Source: a virus (Duplodnaviria > Caudoviricetes). Taken from it: DNA of 64,000 nucleotides. A program made the position numbers and the translations under genes. Position 1 is the stretch's first letter. Each line of letters starts with the position of its first letter. The notes under the pieces are model-generated. The model saw nothing but the letters and a program-made list of their open reading frames with translations, did not search any database and was not told where the DNA came from. The stretch lies in the IMG/VR virus record IMGVR_UViG_3300013121_000046; one strand, given 5' to 3'. Of this stretch, positions 1 through 9,338 are shown piece after piece.

Positions 1-285
1 AACCTCCCGGACGAAATTTCGAGCCGCCGTCAAGTGCAGCAACGACACCGCACCCTCTGTCGCATCCGCTGGCACAGCCAAGACCTGAACCTTCTTGGTC
101 CGACGCCGCTTCAGCTTCGACTTCGCCAGGCACCGAATCTGCGAGACGTACGTCGGAGTGACCCCCAAATCCTTCAAGGCTTCCGCCACCTCCTTCGGAG
201 TCGCCTTCGGATTCTGAGTCAAATACTCCCGAATCGCCTGCGAACGATTCGCCTTTTCCGTCTCCCGCACTTCCTTCGTAGCCAT
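1..285 (-). CDS. Small Planctomycete-type DNA-binding (nucleoid-associated-like) protein, 3' end outside window
   Basis: Not in ORF track. ATG at 285 with GGGAG SD; my translation MATKEVRETEKANRSQAIREYLTQNPKATPKEVAEALKDLGVTPTYVSQIR...LTAARNFVREV. Resembles the 'NKSQAIRDYL..NPKA.PKEV..AL...G....YVS.IK' small proteins I recall from Planctomycetes. Confidence 0.75.
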   Translation of the reverse strand, partial: MATKEVRETEKANRSQAIREYLTQNPKATPKEVAEALKDLGVTPTYVSQIRCLAKSKLKRRRTKKVQVLAVPADATEGAVSLLHLTAARNFVREV

Positions 286-422
286 TCCTATCTCCCAAAA
301 AGTTTGACCTACTCGGGTACCAAGAGTACCGTACTCTCTATTTAAGCCAGAACTAGACTAGACGATTTTAACCTCACGTATCGTCTAGTTCTGTATCCCC
401 TAAGTTGGTCGGTTGATACACT

Positions 423-436
423 AGTATACCCGAAAA
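423..436 (-). promoter_or_regulatory. Putative extended -10 promoter (TTTTCGGGTATACT)
   Basis: Intergenic, A/T tract upstream, same GGTATAHT motif at other operon heads. Confidence 0.5.
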
Positions 437-491
437 AAATTCCTTTTAACCCATAAGTAGAAAAATTTTTCAAATTACCCCAAAGGGGGGG

Positions 492-1028
492 CTACGCCAT
501 GCACAAAAATTGTCCCCCCAACTGTGTATTGTACTCGGTATGATTCGTAATCCAAGTCCAGTAATCCCAAATAGATAGGATATCTCTGTACAGAGCCACC
601 TCAACCTCCGAAAGCTGCCGTCGATGAGACCCTACCGAACCAATAATATCTGCCACTTCATAGGCTAACTTCGAGGCAGACACACCGGAAATGGGCGGCT
701 GGCCACATTTATCCCAGAGCATGGCCTCGCCCAAGGGGCGAAGTAGGGGGTCCCCCACTGCCTGCATAGCCACCTCCCGAAAATGCCCACCACGTTCTTC
801 CCACTGCCGCATTAGTTGGGGCCGAGATACCCTCGCAAAAGTCACCAGAGTGTCCAACAAGCTGGCCTGTAAATCCTCTACCTGTAGGGGAACCTCTGAA
901 GCCTTGGTACAATTTTTCTGTGCGTTTTGCCACCACTCCTTTCGCAGGGACTCCAACATACTTTCTGTGTATTCGAGTGCCTCTGGAGCCAAAACAGCCG
1001 ATACCGTTACTTTAGGTGTAGTGAACAT
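492..1028 (-). CDS. Hypothetical protein
   Basis: 178-aa ORF on coding strand, no recognisable motif. Confidence 0.6.
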   Translation of the reverse strand: MFTTPKVTVSAVLAPEALEYTESMLESLRKEWWQNAQKNCTKASEVPLQVEDLQASLLDTLVTFARVSRPQLMRQWEERGGHFREVAMQAVGDPLLRPLGEAMLWDKCGQPPISGVSASKLAYEVADIIGSVGSHRRQLSEVEVALYRDILSIWDYWTWITNHTEYNTQLGGQFLCMA

Positions 1029-1044
1029 TTAGGTACCCTAGCAA

Positions 1045-1212
1045 CTATCTGCGACGAAGAGCCCAGGGAATCGTACTTCGCTGTTCAGACTGATTTGCAT
1101 TACCCGTGGGGGGTTTTTTTCCGGATCGCCAAAGCCCGGAATAATCTTGTGGTGAAAAAATAAAAGGTGGTACGAATCTTATCGGTGTTCTCTGTGTATT
1201 TCTCGCCCGCAT
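1045..1212 (-). CDS. Putative small basic protein (55 aa)
   Basis: ATG 1212 with G-rich SD, TAG 1045; fills the gap between neighbours (MRARNTQRTPIRF...WALRRR). Confidence 0.35.
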   Translation of the reverse strand: MRARNTQRTPIRFVPPFIFSPQDYSGLWRSGKKPPTGNANQSEQRSTIPWALRRR

Positions 1213-1227
1213 ATCCCCACCCCCTCC

Positions 1228-1434
1228 TTAACTTGCTACAGGAACTTTAGCCAAAAATTTCCTACAGATATGACAACGAAGAATCAGAGAGCCTGAATCA
1301 GGTTGAAATATCACATCCAATCCTCCCTCTCGATGTTCTTTGCACTCAATCGTGATCCCATCCCCAGAGTCTAGATCATACTGTGTACATAGAGAATTCA
1401 GAGTGCCTAAGAAAAGAACAGAAGAACTAGCCAT
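1228..1434 (-). CDS. Small Zn-ribbon-like hypothetical protein
   Basis: CKEH ... CHIC; GGAG SD. Confidence 0.55.
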   Translation of the reverse strand: MASSSVLFLGTLNSLCTQYDLDSGDGITIECKEHREGGLDVIFQPDSGSLILRCHICRKFLAKVPVAS

Positions 1435-1445
1435 AGCTTCCGCTC

Positions 1446-1751
1446 CTAAGTATCTTCAATACCATCTCCATCACTGAAAATACCATTAAAGGGAGAATCC
1501 TCTACAGTATTAGCTGTCTTGATAATCTGAATAGTCTCAGACCAGTTTGAATTTTTAGGTATCGAAAACACTAAAGCAGGATTAACTGCTACAGAATTTT
1601 TATACCTAGCTGAAACCAACAGATTCCAACAATAACCCCCATCTCGTATCCCAGTAACTTTTCCGCCCCAATTTTGGCGGCTTCCCGAGAGACCATAAAC
1701 ATAATCCCCCACTTCAACCACCTCGGTTTTATTGCTTATCGTTCTGATTTC
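1446..1751 (-). CDS. Hypothetical protein (likely start MEIRTIS; track start 1829)
   Basis: ORF; downstream ATG minimises overlap with previous gene. Confidence 0.5.
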   Translation of the reverse strand, partial: EIRTISNKTEVVEVGDYVYGLSGSRQNWGGKVTGIRDGGYCWNLLVSARYKNSVAVNPALVFSIPKNSNWSETIQIIKTANTVEDSPFNGIFSDGDGIEDT

Positions 1752-2134
1752 CATTCTTGGGTACTCGATAGAAGTTTTTGAGTATTCTTGTGCATACCTC
1801 GCTCTGAAAGTACAACCCCCCTTCGCCATTGATCGTAATGCAGCACCTCATGGCAGAGAGTCTCTTTTAAGTCATCCAGTATAGCTTCCTCTTCACCACT
1901 CCCAGGATAGATTATATCTATACCTAACCTGGGAGAAAAAACCTTACCCAAGAAGGTGTATTTCCTATCAATATAGAACAAACCTCGATAAGGCTTTTCT
2001 TTTGTTACTCGTAAAACCCGCACAAATATCCTGTGTGATATTTTCTTACACCGATTCAATTCCGCCCCATAGCTCTTAAAGAAAAAGACATGTTTTGTTG
2101 GGATGCTTCGGTCGATAGAGAATACCAAACCCAT
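1736..2134 (-). CDS. Zincin-like HEXXH protein
   Basis: TLCHEVLHY motif. Confidence 0.55.
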   Translation of the reverse strand: MGLVFSIDRSIPTKHVFFFKSYGAELNRCKKISHRIFVRVLRVTKEKPYRGLFYIDRKYTFLGKVFSPRLGIDIIYPGSGEEEAILDDLKETLCHEVLHYDQWRRGVVLSERGMHKNTQKLLSSTQEWKSER

Positions 2135-2137
2135 CTA

Positions 2138-3829
2138 CTAACCTCCGGAATTTCTCCAAATTATATCAGAAGGCTCTCGTCGATTCTCCCCAACCTGATA
2201 CGGGTGGGCCTTATCCACCTTATACCGGCGATGTACGGAAGTTCCCTGCGAAGGAAATATCCAGTTTTGATTTCCACCTAAATCGGTACAGTTATCAAAG
2301 GCGAGAATTGAATTTCCCCCACTAGCATCACTGTCTTGAACGTTGACCCAGGCGACTGCTGACGTTCCCTCAACAATTAGCTCAAGGCCAGCACCAACCC
2401 ATTGAATAGTCTCACCAGAATTTCCCTGCGCCATAAATTCAGATGCTATAGTTAATGGGTTTCGATCAAGTCCAGTAGCCAAAAAGTCAAACTCTGAACT
2501 CTGTGTAACAGTTACTCCGGGTGCAACTGTCAAGTAGCCTATATTTCCACCCAGCAAGGTAACATCTGTTTGCAAAGAAACATTGGAAACAATATCTTCC
2601 GTAGCACTATAAAACTGGTTCGCAGCAATTCCTGGGTCATCTACATCCACAATTGTAACCATAGTACTTGGATTAGTCACAATAGAGTACGTCGTAGGAC
2701 TAAACCCATACCCCAGAACAAAATTAGAACTAGTTATGGCAGCCCCAGAGATATCTAATGTTACTGAGGGAGTATTCTCTGATGAAATTGCTAGGAAGGC
2801 TCTTGTGACTAAGCTTATCCCAGAAAAATCTAGCTCTCCCTTCCAATGATTTATCTGAAAATAATCAATCGTATACTCCCCATCCGCCCAACTCAGCACA
2901 TGTGGATCACTGCTGAATGCGTCGAAAACACTAACTACACCAGGATATACCCCGGGAGGGATAACAGTATCAATTACATACAAACCACCTGAGATAAGTA
3001 AATCCCCAAGATTAAATATCGAGGATTCTCCTCGGGTCATCGTACAACCCTGAGTCAAATACAACCCTGCACCAGAAAGAATATCCGGGTCTCTATCTTC
3101 CGGATCCGCTAGAGTCCCATCTAGTACAAAACTTGTCATTACCGAAAAAATTAAGTCCTGCCCAGAGTCTGCCCAATCCAAGCTAGGAGGGAGAAGGTAC
3201 AGAGTTGCCCCTTCAGCTATATACAGAGTCTGGGCACTGGCTAACCCAGCCTTACATGTGTACGAACCGAAGACATTCAAAGCATAAGGACCCGAACCAT
3301 CATTATCGGCATAGAGATACTTATCTATACCGTAGAGATTATAGTTTGCTGTAGAGGTTAGCTCACAATCATTAGTATCAATCGTAACATCGCCATAAAA
3401 ATTAAGCGTAGCATTCCCAGTACGAAGAGACACTGACCCGGAACTTCCACTAACCACCGGATCATATAAGAGTAGATTTCCTTGCACCGTAAGAACTGAA
3501 TCACCTAATTCAATTCTTACATCTTGCTGATCCTCTGCTGAGTCCACCCAATGGATATCTTCCGCCACATCAACAGAATACCCTAACGTAGTCAATACTA
3601 CATCTGTACCATGAACAAAAAGTATCTCATCTACAGAAATATCTGCTGTTAAAGAACATGTACCATTATCAGCCATTCGATACTCAAAGATTGCAACATC
3701 CCCTTCCTGAGGATACCTAGAGGCTGGCCCAGAACCCCCTGAAGATTCAGCCCAATTGGTAGCGTCCTGCCAAACACCACCGTTTACCGCCCAATAAAAA
3801 TTGGCCATTAGTTCCACACCCCCCTGCAC
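2138..3829 (-). CDS. Acidic beta-helix-like surface/virion protein
   Basis: N-term YWAVNGGVWQDATNWAESSGG...P..GDVAIF and C-term VNVQDSDASGG...DLGGNQNWIF; beta-rich. Confidence 0.6.
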   Translation of the reverse strand: MQGGVELMANFYWAVNGGVWQDATNWAESSGGSGPASRYPQEGDVAIFEYRMADNGTCSLTADISVDEILFVHGTDVVLTTLGYSVDVAEDIHWVDSAEDQQDVRIELGDSVLTVQGNLLLYDPVVSGSSGSVSLRTGNATLNFYGDVTIDTNDCELTSTANYNLYGIDKYLYADNDGSGPYALNVFGSYTCKAGLASAQTLYIAEGATLYLLPPSLDWADSGQDLIFSVMTSFVLDGTLADPEDRDPDILSGAGLYLTQGCTMTRGESSIFNLGDLLISGGLYVIDTVIPPGVYPGVVSVFDAFSSDPHVLSWADGEYTIDYFQINHWKGELDFSGISLVTRAFLAISSENTPSVTLDISGAAITSSNFVLGYGFSPTTYSIVTNPSTMVTIVDVDDPGIAANQFYSATEDIVSNVSLQTDVTLLGGNIGYLTVAPGVTVTQSSEFDFLATGLDRNPLTIASEFMAQGNSGETIQWVGAGLELIVEGTSAVAWVNVQDSDASGGNSILAFDNCTDLGGNQNWIFPSQGTSVHRRYKVDKAHPYQVGENRREPSDIIWRNSGG

Positions 3830-3846
3830 ACAAAATTAGTAAAATC

Positions 3847-5928
3847 CTACACAGGGCTAAACGCTAAGGTACTAGGAATATTGGCCACCGGTACAATAAT
3901 GTCGCTAAATCCTGGTATAGACAGCACAGCCGTGATTCGATTTACCCTATTAAAAGGTATCCCTGTACCTGATAGCTTATCCAGAGCATAGCTAATAACT
4001 GGCACAGTTGTTTTCCCAGCAGAGTCTACGGTGAAAGGGTAAGTTTCCAGGTCCTGGAAAGCCCCTGGCCCAGCCGAAAACCGGATCGTTCCAGATTTGC
4101 CTGCTACATTAGTAGAGCAGGTTAGAGTTTTACTGGTACCTATTTTAATACTCCTTGGAGAATCCCTCAGATTTTCAGCCGTTATGGTACCCAGATCAAA
4201 GGTAACTCCGGAGGTAGAAATCGTATCCAGAATAGTAATGACCTCCTTCACTCCCCAGTAACCGGTATACACCGAAACCTTACGGTAGCTATCGTCAGAA
4301 AACATAATCTTCGATGCTACCACAGTCACAATTTCCCGCCACCGATCTCGAACAATCTGAGAGTCCGGGAAGTTATTATTTATCCAAGTTACCGCTGCCC
4401 CGGACCACTGGGCAAACGCTGGCTGTGCCCCCAACCAATCACACTGATTCCCGACTAACGGGGTAAGTTGATAACAGCAGCTATCCCCCCCAGAGATACT
4501 AATAATCACGTTATTAGAGATAAACTTATTGCTATTAATCAGGTCTGTAGCCCCAATGTTGTTACCGGGCTTACCCTGATCCTCAAGAGTGATGGCATTA
4601 GCCCGCTGATCGTGTGTAGTATCTCCCGAAAGAATACTATATGAAGTATTCTCAGTAATAGTGTTCTGAAATTCGTAGTTCCCAAAGTATAACCCCGAAG
4701 CAGAACACCTATCACCACCCCCTAGGGCGAGGATAGTATTCCCTTTCACCAAGTTGTTTTTACACTCATACCGCATTCGGATCCCGGCAGCGTTCAACCC
4801 CCAACCATACTCCTCATTAGGAGAATCCCAAGCGAGGATCACATTCGATAATACCTTATTACCCTCCCCGGCATTCAACATAATCCCTCTACCATTCAGT
4901 GGGACTATCAAATTGTTCTGGAAGGTACTGCCATTTGACCTATACTCACCGATTCCATAACCATTTGTCGCATACGAATTATGCGAGATAAAGTTATACT
5001 CCACGCGACAGTTCTCTACCACATTTACTGCTAGATTCCCACCAATCAAAATATTATGATGGACATATGAGCCTCCACCAACATTTAATGATCCTGGTTG
5101 TGTGTGTCGATCTGCGGTTGCTGTACACAAATTATTGACAAACGAATTACTTACCGTAGAAGAACCCCAACGGAAAAATACACCACTCGAATCCGTACCA
5201 GAAACCTCCAACCTACAATTGTCTATAACAGCCTCATTACCACGGTAACCATAGATCGCATGGCATTTGTAGGGTTGGGCTCCCTTCGGGCCAGCATACA
5301 CAATCGCACCATTGATAATCTTAGCCCGAAAAGCCTCTGAAGAATCGGATATAGCATCTCGGTCTGAATCTGCCCAGTTCAAGTATAGGTGGATTCCATG
5401 TGCCTCACTAGTACTATTCACACCGTAGAAAATGGCATAACCATTCAGATCAATAGTCACATCCGGTCCCGCAATATAAATACCATCTCTGTCAAAACTC
5501 AAATTCTCTTGTAAAACATACTTTCCAGACCGGACAACAATGGGCTCTGATTTTCTCGCCCCGGGCCCTGGTAAGGGTGGTGGGGGTGAAATCGGGCTGG
5601 GGGGAGGCGAGACCGGTACGGGGGGCGGAGGAGGTGGAGATATCGGGGGAGGTGGAGATATCGGAGGAGGTGGAGATATCGGGGGAGGTGGAGATATCGG
5701 GGGAGGTGGAATCTCTAGCACAGCCACACGCTCTGCTAAACTTTTCAACTCTAACTCTAACTTAGCTACCTGCGAACTGAGGACAGTAAACAAATCCTTA
5801 GTCGCTCGATCATTCACATCAACCTGACTCAAGAGACCCGATACAGATCCTTGAAGAGCCTGTAAAGATTCCCCTAAGCTCTTAGTCTGCTTCTCAAGAC
5901 TAGTTAATCGTTGAGCTACCGTAGCCAT
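3847..5928 (-). CDS. Tailspike/depolymerase-like right-handed beta-helix protein with N-terminal coiled coil and Pro-rich linker
   Basis: SGKYVLQENL...GIYIAGPDVTIDLNGY cap, repeated N-x-I rungs, (PPPPIS)n. Confidence 0.75.
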   Translation of the reverse strand: MATVAQRLTSLEKQTKSLGESLQALQGSVSGLLSQVDVNDRATKDLFTVLSSQVAKLELELKSLAERVAVLEIPPPPISPPPPISPPPPISPPPPISPPPPPPVPVSPPPSPISPPPPLPGPGARKSEPIVVRSGKYVLQENLSFDRDGIYIAGPDVTIDLNGYAIFYGVNSTSEAHGIHLYLNWADSDRDAISDSSEAFRAKIINGAIVYAGPKGAQPYKCHAIYGYRGNEAVIDNCRLEVSGTDSSGVFFRWGSSTVSNSFVNNLCTATADRHTQPGSLNVGGGSYVHHNILIGGNLAVNVVENCRVEYNFISHNSYATNGYGIGEYRSNGSTFQNNLIVPLNGRGIMLNAGEGNKVLSNVILAWDSPNEEYGWGLNAAGIRMRYECKNNLVKGNTILALGGGDRCSASGLYFGNYEFQNTITENTSYSILSGDTTHDQRANAITLEDQGKPGNNIGATDLINSNKFISNNVIISISGGDSCCYQLTPLVGNQCDWLGAQPAFAQWSGAAVTWINNNFPDSQIVRDRWREIVTVVASKIMFSDDSYRKVSVYTGYWGVKEVITILDTISTSGVTFDLGTITAENLRDSPRSIKIGTSKTLTCSTNVAGKSGTIRFSAGPGAFQDLETYPFTVDSAGKTTVPVISYALDKLSGTGIPFNRVNRITAVLSIPGFSDIIVPVANIPSTLAFSPV
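5630..5710. repeat. 18-bp coding tandem repeat (PPPPIS x4)
   Basis: GGAGGTGGAGATATCGG(G/A) units. Confidence 0.9.
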
Positions 5929-5936
5929 AGTATATC

Positions 5937-6833
5937 CTAAATTTCATTGTTTATAACGATAACAGTATCATTTTTAGCTATATCTTGACCCAACAAGTAT
6001 TTCTCAAGCATGGAACCTAACATAATATTAAGTTGCTTATAAGCCCCACTACTCAACCACATCTTGGCATATCTAACACCAGCTATTTCTTGTAGCTCTA
6101 CAAACATATCTCTCAAGACAACTCCAGTTACAGTATTCCTGTGAATAACTAATTTTATTGAGGAAAGAGACAGGGTGAAATTAGTGTCTCCAGAATCCTG
6201 AGTAATATCATGCCCACTGTTTAAGTGTACCAAACCCTGGAATCTACCATGCACTTGCCCTTCCCAAAGCCTTCCGGGTCTTCCTAAAGCATCCAATAGA
6301 CTTTTCTGTATATAACCATCCCCCAGATAAAATTTACCCGATATATCAAAACCTAGGACTTTAACCTGAGCAGAACTATCAAAAGTTATTGGGTCAGACC
6401 CTTCTTCTCCAGGTTCTAAACCCCGTAACCCTAGAGAAACCCCTAAAACAGCCCCGGTACTATCGAGAGTAAGACCATCTACAAACTTAAAGTTTTTAAC
6501 AGTCCAATTCCCCCAACGATCATTAGTAATCCTCAATCCTGGGACAATGGCCTCCATCCAAGTTTTCGTTAATGGTGTATACCAGCCATTTGCCTCAAGA
6601 ATATACCTGTTGTTAGGCGTAATGGTAACAATGTCCGTAGCGTGCAACTGAAACACCATATTGCCGTCATCAAGCCTGAGTAGGCCATTAGTACCTAAAG
6701 GCTTACCCCGTTCTTTATTGCGAGCAGTTTTCCACAAAGCTTGGGCCTTTGACCAATTAAAAGGCCCAAGAGCCCGAACTGGGCCCCCATGCCAAGCTAA
6801 GCGTAAACTAGTATCTTCTGTAGCTCTAGGCAT
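5937..6833 (-). CDS. Hypothetical phage protein
   Basis: 298 aa, LHATDIVT...NGWYTPLTK N-terminal domain; coupled to upstream MTase. Confidence 0.6.
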   Translation of the reverse strand: MPRATEDTSLRLAWHGGPVRALGPFNWSKAQALWKTARNKERGKPLGTNGLLRLDDGNMVFQLHATDIVTITPNNRYILEANGWYTPLTKTWMEAIVPGLRITNDRWGNWTVKNFKFVDGLTLDSTGAVLGVSLGLRGLEPGEEGSDPITFDSSAQVKVLGFDISGKFYLGDGYIQKSLLDALGRPGRLWEGQVHGRFQGLVHLNSGHDITQDSGDTNFTLSLSSIKLVIHRNTVTGVVLRDMFVELQEIAGVRYAKMWLSSGAYKQLNIMLGSMLEKYLLGQDIAKNDTVIVINNEI

Positions 6834-7359
6834 TTTTAATCTTTCTATACGCTGCCCAAGTATCGCACCACTTAGTCCCCCACTCTGTTCCGGCCTCTAA
6901 ACAATCTACTTCAGCTATGTCCGAACAAAACTGAGGAAAACACCGCATTCCATCAGATAAGAATCGCCAGCAATCAATTGGGTGCTTATGTTCAGGTCCA
7001 CTGGCCGGTACTGTGATGAAAATAAGACCTTCGGGCTTAACAACACGAACCATCTCCCGCCAAACAGCCCAAGGATTCTCTGTGTGCTCTAACGTCTGAC
7101 CGGATATGACCAAGGAATAGGAGTCTGACGGTATCTCCAACCATCGAATAGGATTACCAACTACTAGGTCCACATTGGGTCCAGATCGCACATCGAGGCC
7201 CGTATAAGACCAATTATCAGTCTCAAATTCAGGTCTATGACAACCGTTAACCGAAAATGAACCTACATCAAGGATTCTTAGAGGAGTATCCCGACTAAGA
7301 TACTCATCCCGCATCTTAGTCATCTTTGCTAAAGCTGCTGCGTGCATCATCCCCCCCAT
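6826..7359 (-). CDS. Class I SAM-dependent methyltransferase
   Basis: ILDVGS, YTGLD..GPNVD, SGQTLEH, DCWRF. Confidence 0.85.
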   Translation of the reverse strand: MGGMMHAAALAKMTKMRDEYLSRDTPLRILDVGSFSVNGCHRPEFETDNWSYTGLDVRSGPNVDLVVGNPIRWLEIPSDSYSLVISGQTLEHTENPWAVWREMVRVVKPEGLIFITVPASGPEHKHPIDCWRFLSDGMRCFPQFCSDIAEVDCLEAGTEWGTKWCDTWAAYRKIKNA

Positions 7360-8030
7360 TTTTTCTTATAATAGGCTAAGGATCTCTCATTACGATCCGA
7401 ACTATCTGGAAGTGTCCCAGCCGTTGAGTGAATAAAGTGATGGACAATTGCATTAGTAATTCTTTTTGCTGGATGACCTAACTGACTCAACCTATTTCCA
7501 TAGTCATACTCAGAGAACCACAGGTCAAAATTTTCGTCATATCCACCAACAGTTTCCCAGGCAACTCGACTAAGCATAAAGCAACACCCGAGAATACCCC
7601 CTTCAGCATATTCTTGCGGCTTTTCTGATACTTCTTTTGCTAGCAAGTCCCAATTAGGCGGTGGGACCCAATCTGAAACCTGGGGGCTAACACACCATAG
7701 TTCGGAGTCAGCCTTCATCGCCGCTAACAGGTTATCCATAGCCCGATAACCAACCAAAATATCATTATTAACACAGACTACATAGGGAGTATCCGTCGAG
7801 TTTATACCAATATTAATACTTTCATTGATATTAGCGGTTTCCCGGGTAATCACTCTAGCCGGATGATCCGGAAGTTCTGTGTACGGATCATCTGAGGGGT
7901 TTTCTACAATCACTAAGTCATACTCACAAGCTGTTGAAGCTTTTAGGGTTCGCATCATTTGATGCGTTAAGCTTGTTTTCCCCCGCATTAACGTAACTAC
8001 AGAGAGTTCTGCCATTGCATATGTCCCCAC
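7347..8030 (-). CDS. Glycosyltransferase family 2
   Basis: VIVEN, CVNNDI, GCCFML, VGGYDENF, VHHF. Confidence 0.85.
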   Translation of the reverse strand: MGTYAMAELSVVTLMRGKTSLTHQMMRTLKASTACEYDLVIVENPSDDPYTELPDHPARVITRETANINESINIGINSTDTPYVVCVNNDILVGYRAMDNLLAAMKADSELWCVSPQVSDWVPPPNWDLLAKEVSEKPQEYAEGGILGCCFMLSRVAWETVGGYDENFDLWFSEYDYGNRLSQLGHPAKRITNAIVHHFIHSTAGTLPDSSDRNERSLAYYKKKWGG

Positions 8031-8740
8031 TTCTCAGGTACTGTGCTCATTGAACCCCGCATACTAAACATTTTTTGATACTCCTCTCGCATTACAATCT
8101 GTAACGGAGATCTTACTGCCTGATCTACCATAATATTTTCTGAATCCGTACTCCCAAAAAAATTAAGATTTGCTTGATAGGAACTATACCGCCCAGTTTT
8201 TTCCCTCCATACCCTATGTTGCAGATGCGGAGCATCCGAATAACAATAAGGCACAGTTTTAGGAACCACTCTTAAACGATTTTGAGGTAAAGCATAACCT
8301 TCCTCAGGCCAACTAGCGAACATTTGATCCTCATAGGGGTACCGTACAATTCCAACCCTATCTTTATGACTCATCAAGAAAGATACTTCCTCGAAAAGCC
8401 CTGTAATAGAGCCTACTGGAAAATAGTCATCCTGGATATAAAAAACCACATCGGCCAATTTATAAGACTGGTCCAGGGCAAAGTTCAGGTGATTTCCTAA
8501 ATGCGCCGGAGCTTTATGCTCAATTACTGTGTAACCGAAATCCCTCGCTAAAGCAGCCACCGGAGCAAACCTCTCAACAGTCTCCCCTTGAGTCTCAATG
8601 GAAAGTAACCTGTGGACTCTTAAATCAGTAAAATCAACCCGATCCTTGACCGTCTTAAAATTATTTTCAAGGTACTCCTTCCGCTCAGGAAAACGACCCC
8701 AATAAGTGGTGAGAAGAACCAAGTCCAGAGGGGAATTCAT
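7997..8740 (-). CDS. GT-A fold glycosyltransferase-like protein
   Basis: LLTTY..R, FYIQDDY (DxD-like), YSDAPHL. Confidence 0.65.
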   Translation of the reverse strand: MNSPLDLVLLTTYWGRFPERKEYLENNFKTVKDRVDFTDLRVHRLLSIETQGETVERFAPVAALARDFGYTVIEHKAPAHLGNHLNFALDQSYKLADVVFYIQDDYFPVGSITGLFEEVSFLMSHKDRVGIVRYPYEDQMFASWPEEGYALPQNRLRVVPKTVPYCYSDAPHLQHRVWREKTGRYSSYQANLNFFGSTDSENIMVDQAVRSPLQIVMREEYQKMFSMRGSMSTVPEKWGHMQWQNSL

Positions 8741-8751
8741 GCTAACCCCAT

Positions 8752-8787
8752 AAAAAAACCCCAGGAGAGTGAGTCACTCTCCTGGGG
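8752..8787 (-). terminator. Rho-independent terminator
   Basis: 14-bp inverted repeat CCCCAGGAGAGTGA/TCACTCTCCTGGGG then T7 on minus strand. Confidence 0.85.
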
Positions 8788-8825
8788 AAACGGATTAAAC
8801 TAGACCCCTCACGGGGCTACAACAT

Positions 8826-9323
8826 CTATGGCGAAGGGGCGGGGCCTATATCTGAAGTCCAAGGTGGGCACGGCTCTTCGCCGGCTGCCTTGAAACAATT
8901 TATCCCCAAAGTCACCCAATAGACTTCCCGAGCCTCCGGAGGAAGCCCCAGGGAAATAGGGTAAAGATTATGGTTAAAAGCATTTGCTGAAGCCATTTGA
9001 GCCCGCATTACCTCTTGCGTAAACTCTATGGGGGAGGAAAAAAGTTTAGCTACATTCTGTGGCAAGCTAAGGAAACCCCCTATAATCTGGTGATCTTCAC
9101 CCTCTGTTGGGGGGGATAAACCTATCTTGCCAGAAGATTTTTCAGCTAAAAACTTAGCCAAATCTTTAGCTGAACCCGACTTTTTCTCAGGTGCCGGAGC
9201 ATCAGTAACCAAGGAGAGGTCAGCTAGAGTCTTTCGAGCAGCCTGAATCTGCAACTCCAGATTCTCCAACAGTTGCTTTTTAAGACTTAACTCTTGATAC
9301 AGCAGATCTTTTGGAACACTAAT
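8826..9323 (-). CDS. Hypothetical protein with N-terminal coiled coil (possible ATT start at 9323; track TTG start 9269)
   Basis: Frame open to 9338; the only strong SD precedes ATT. Confidence 0.55.
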   Translation of the reverse strand: MSVPKDLLYQELSLKKQLLENLELQIQAARKTLADLSLVTDAPAPEKKSGSAKDLAKFLAEKSSGKIGLSPPTEGEDHQIIGGFLSLPQNVAKLFSSPIEFTQEVMRAQMASANAFNHNLYPISLGLPPEAREVYWVTLGINCFKAAGEEPCPPWTSDIGPAPSP

Positions 9324-9338
9324 GGTACAACCCCCCCT

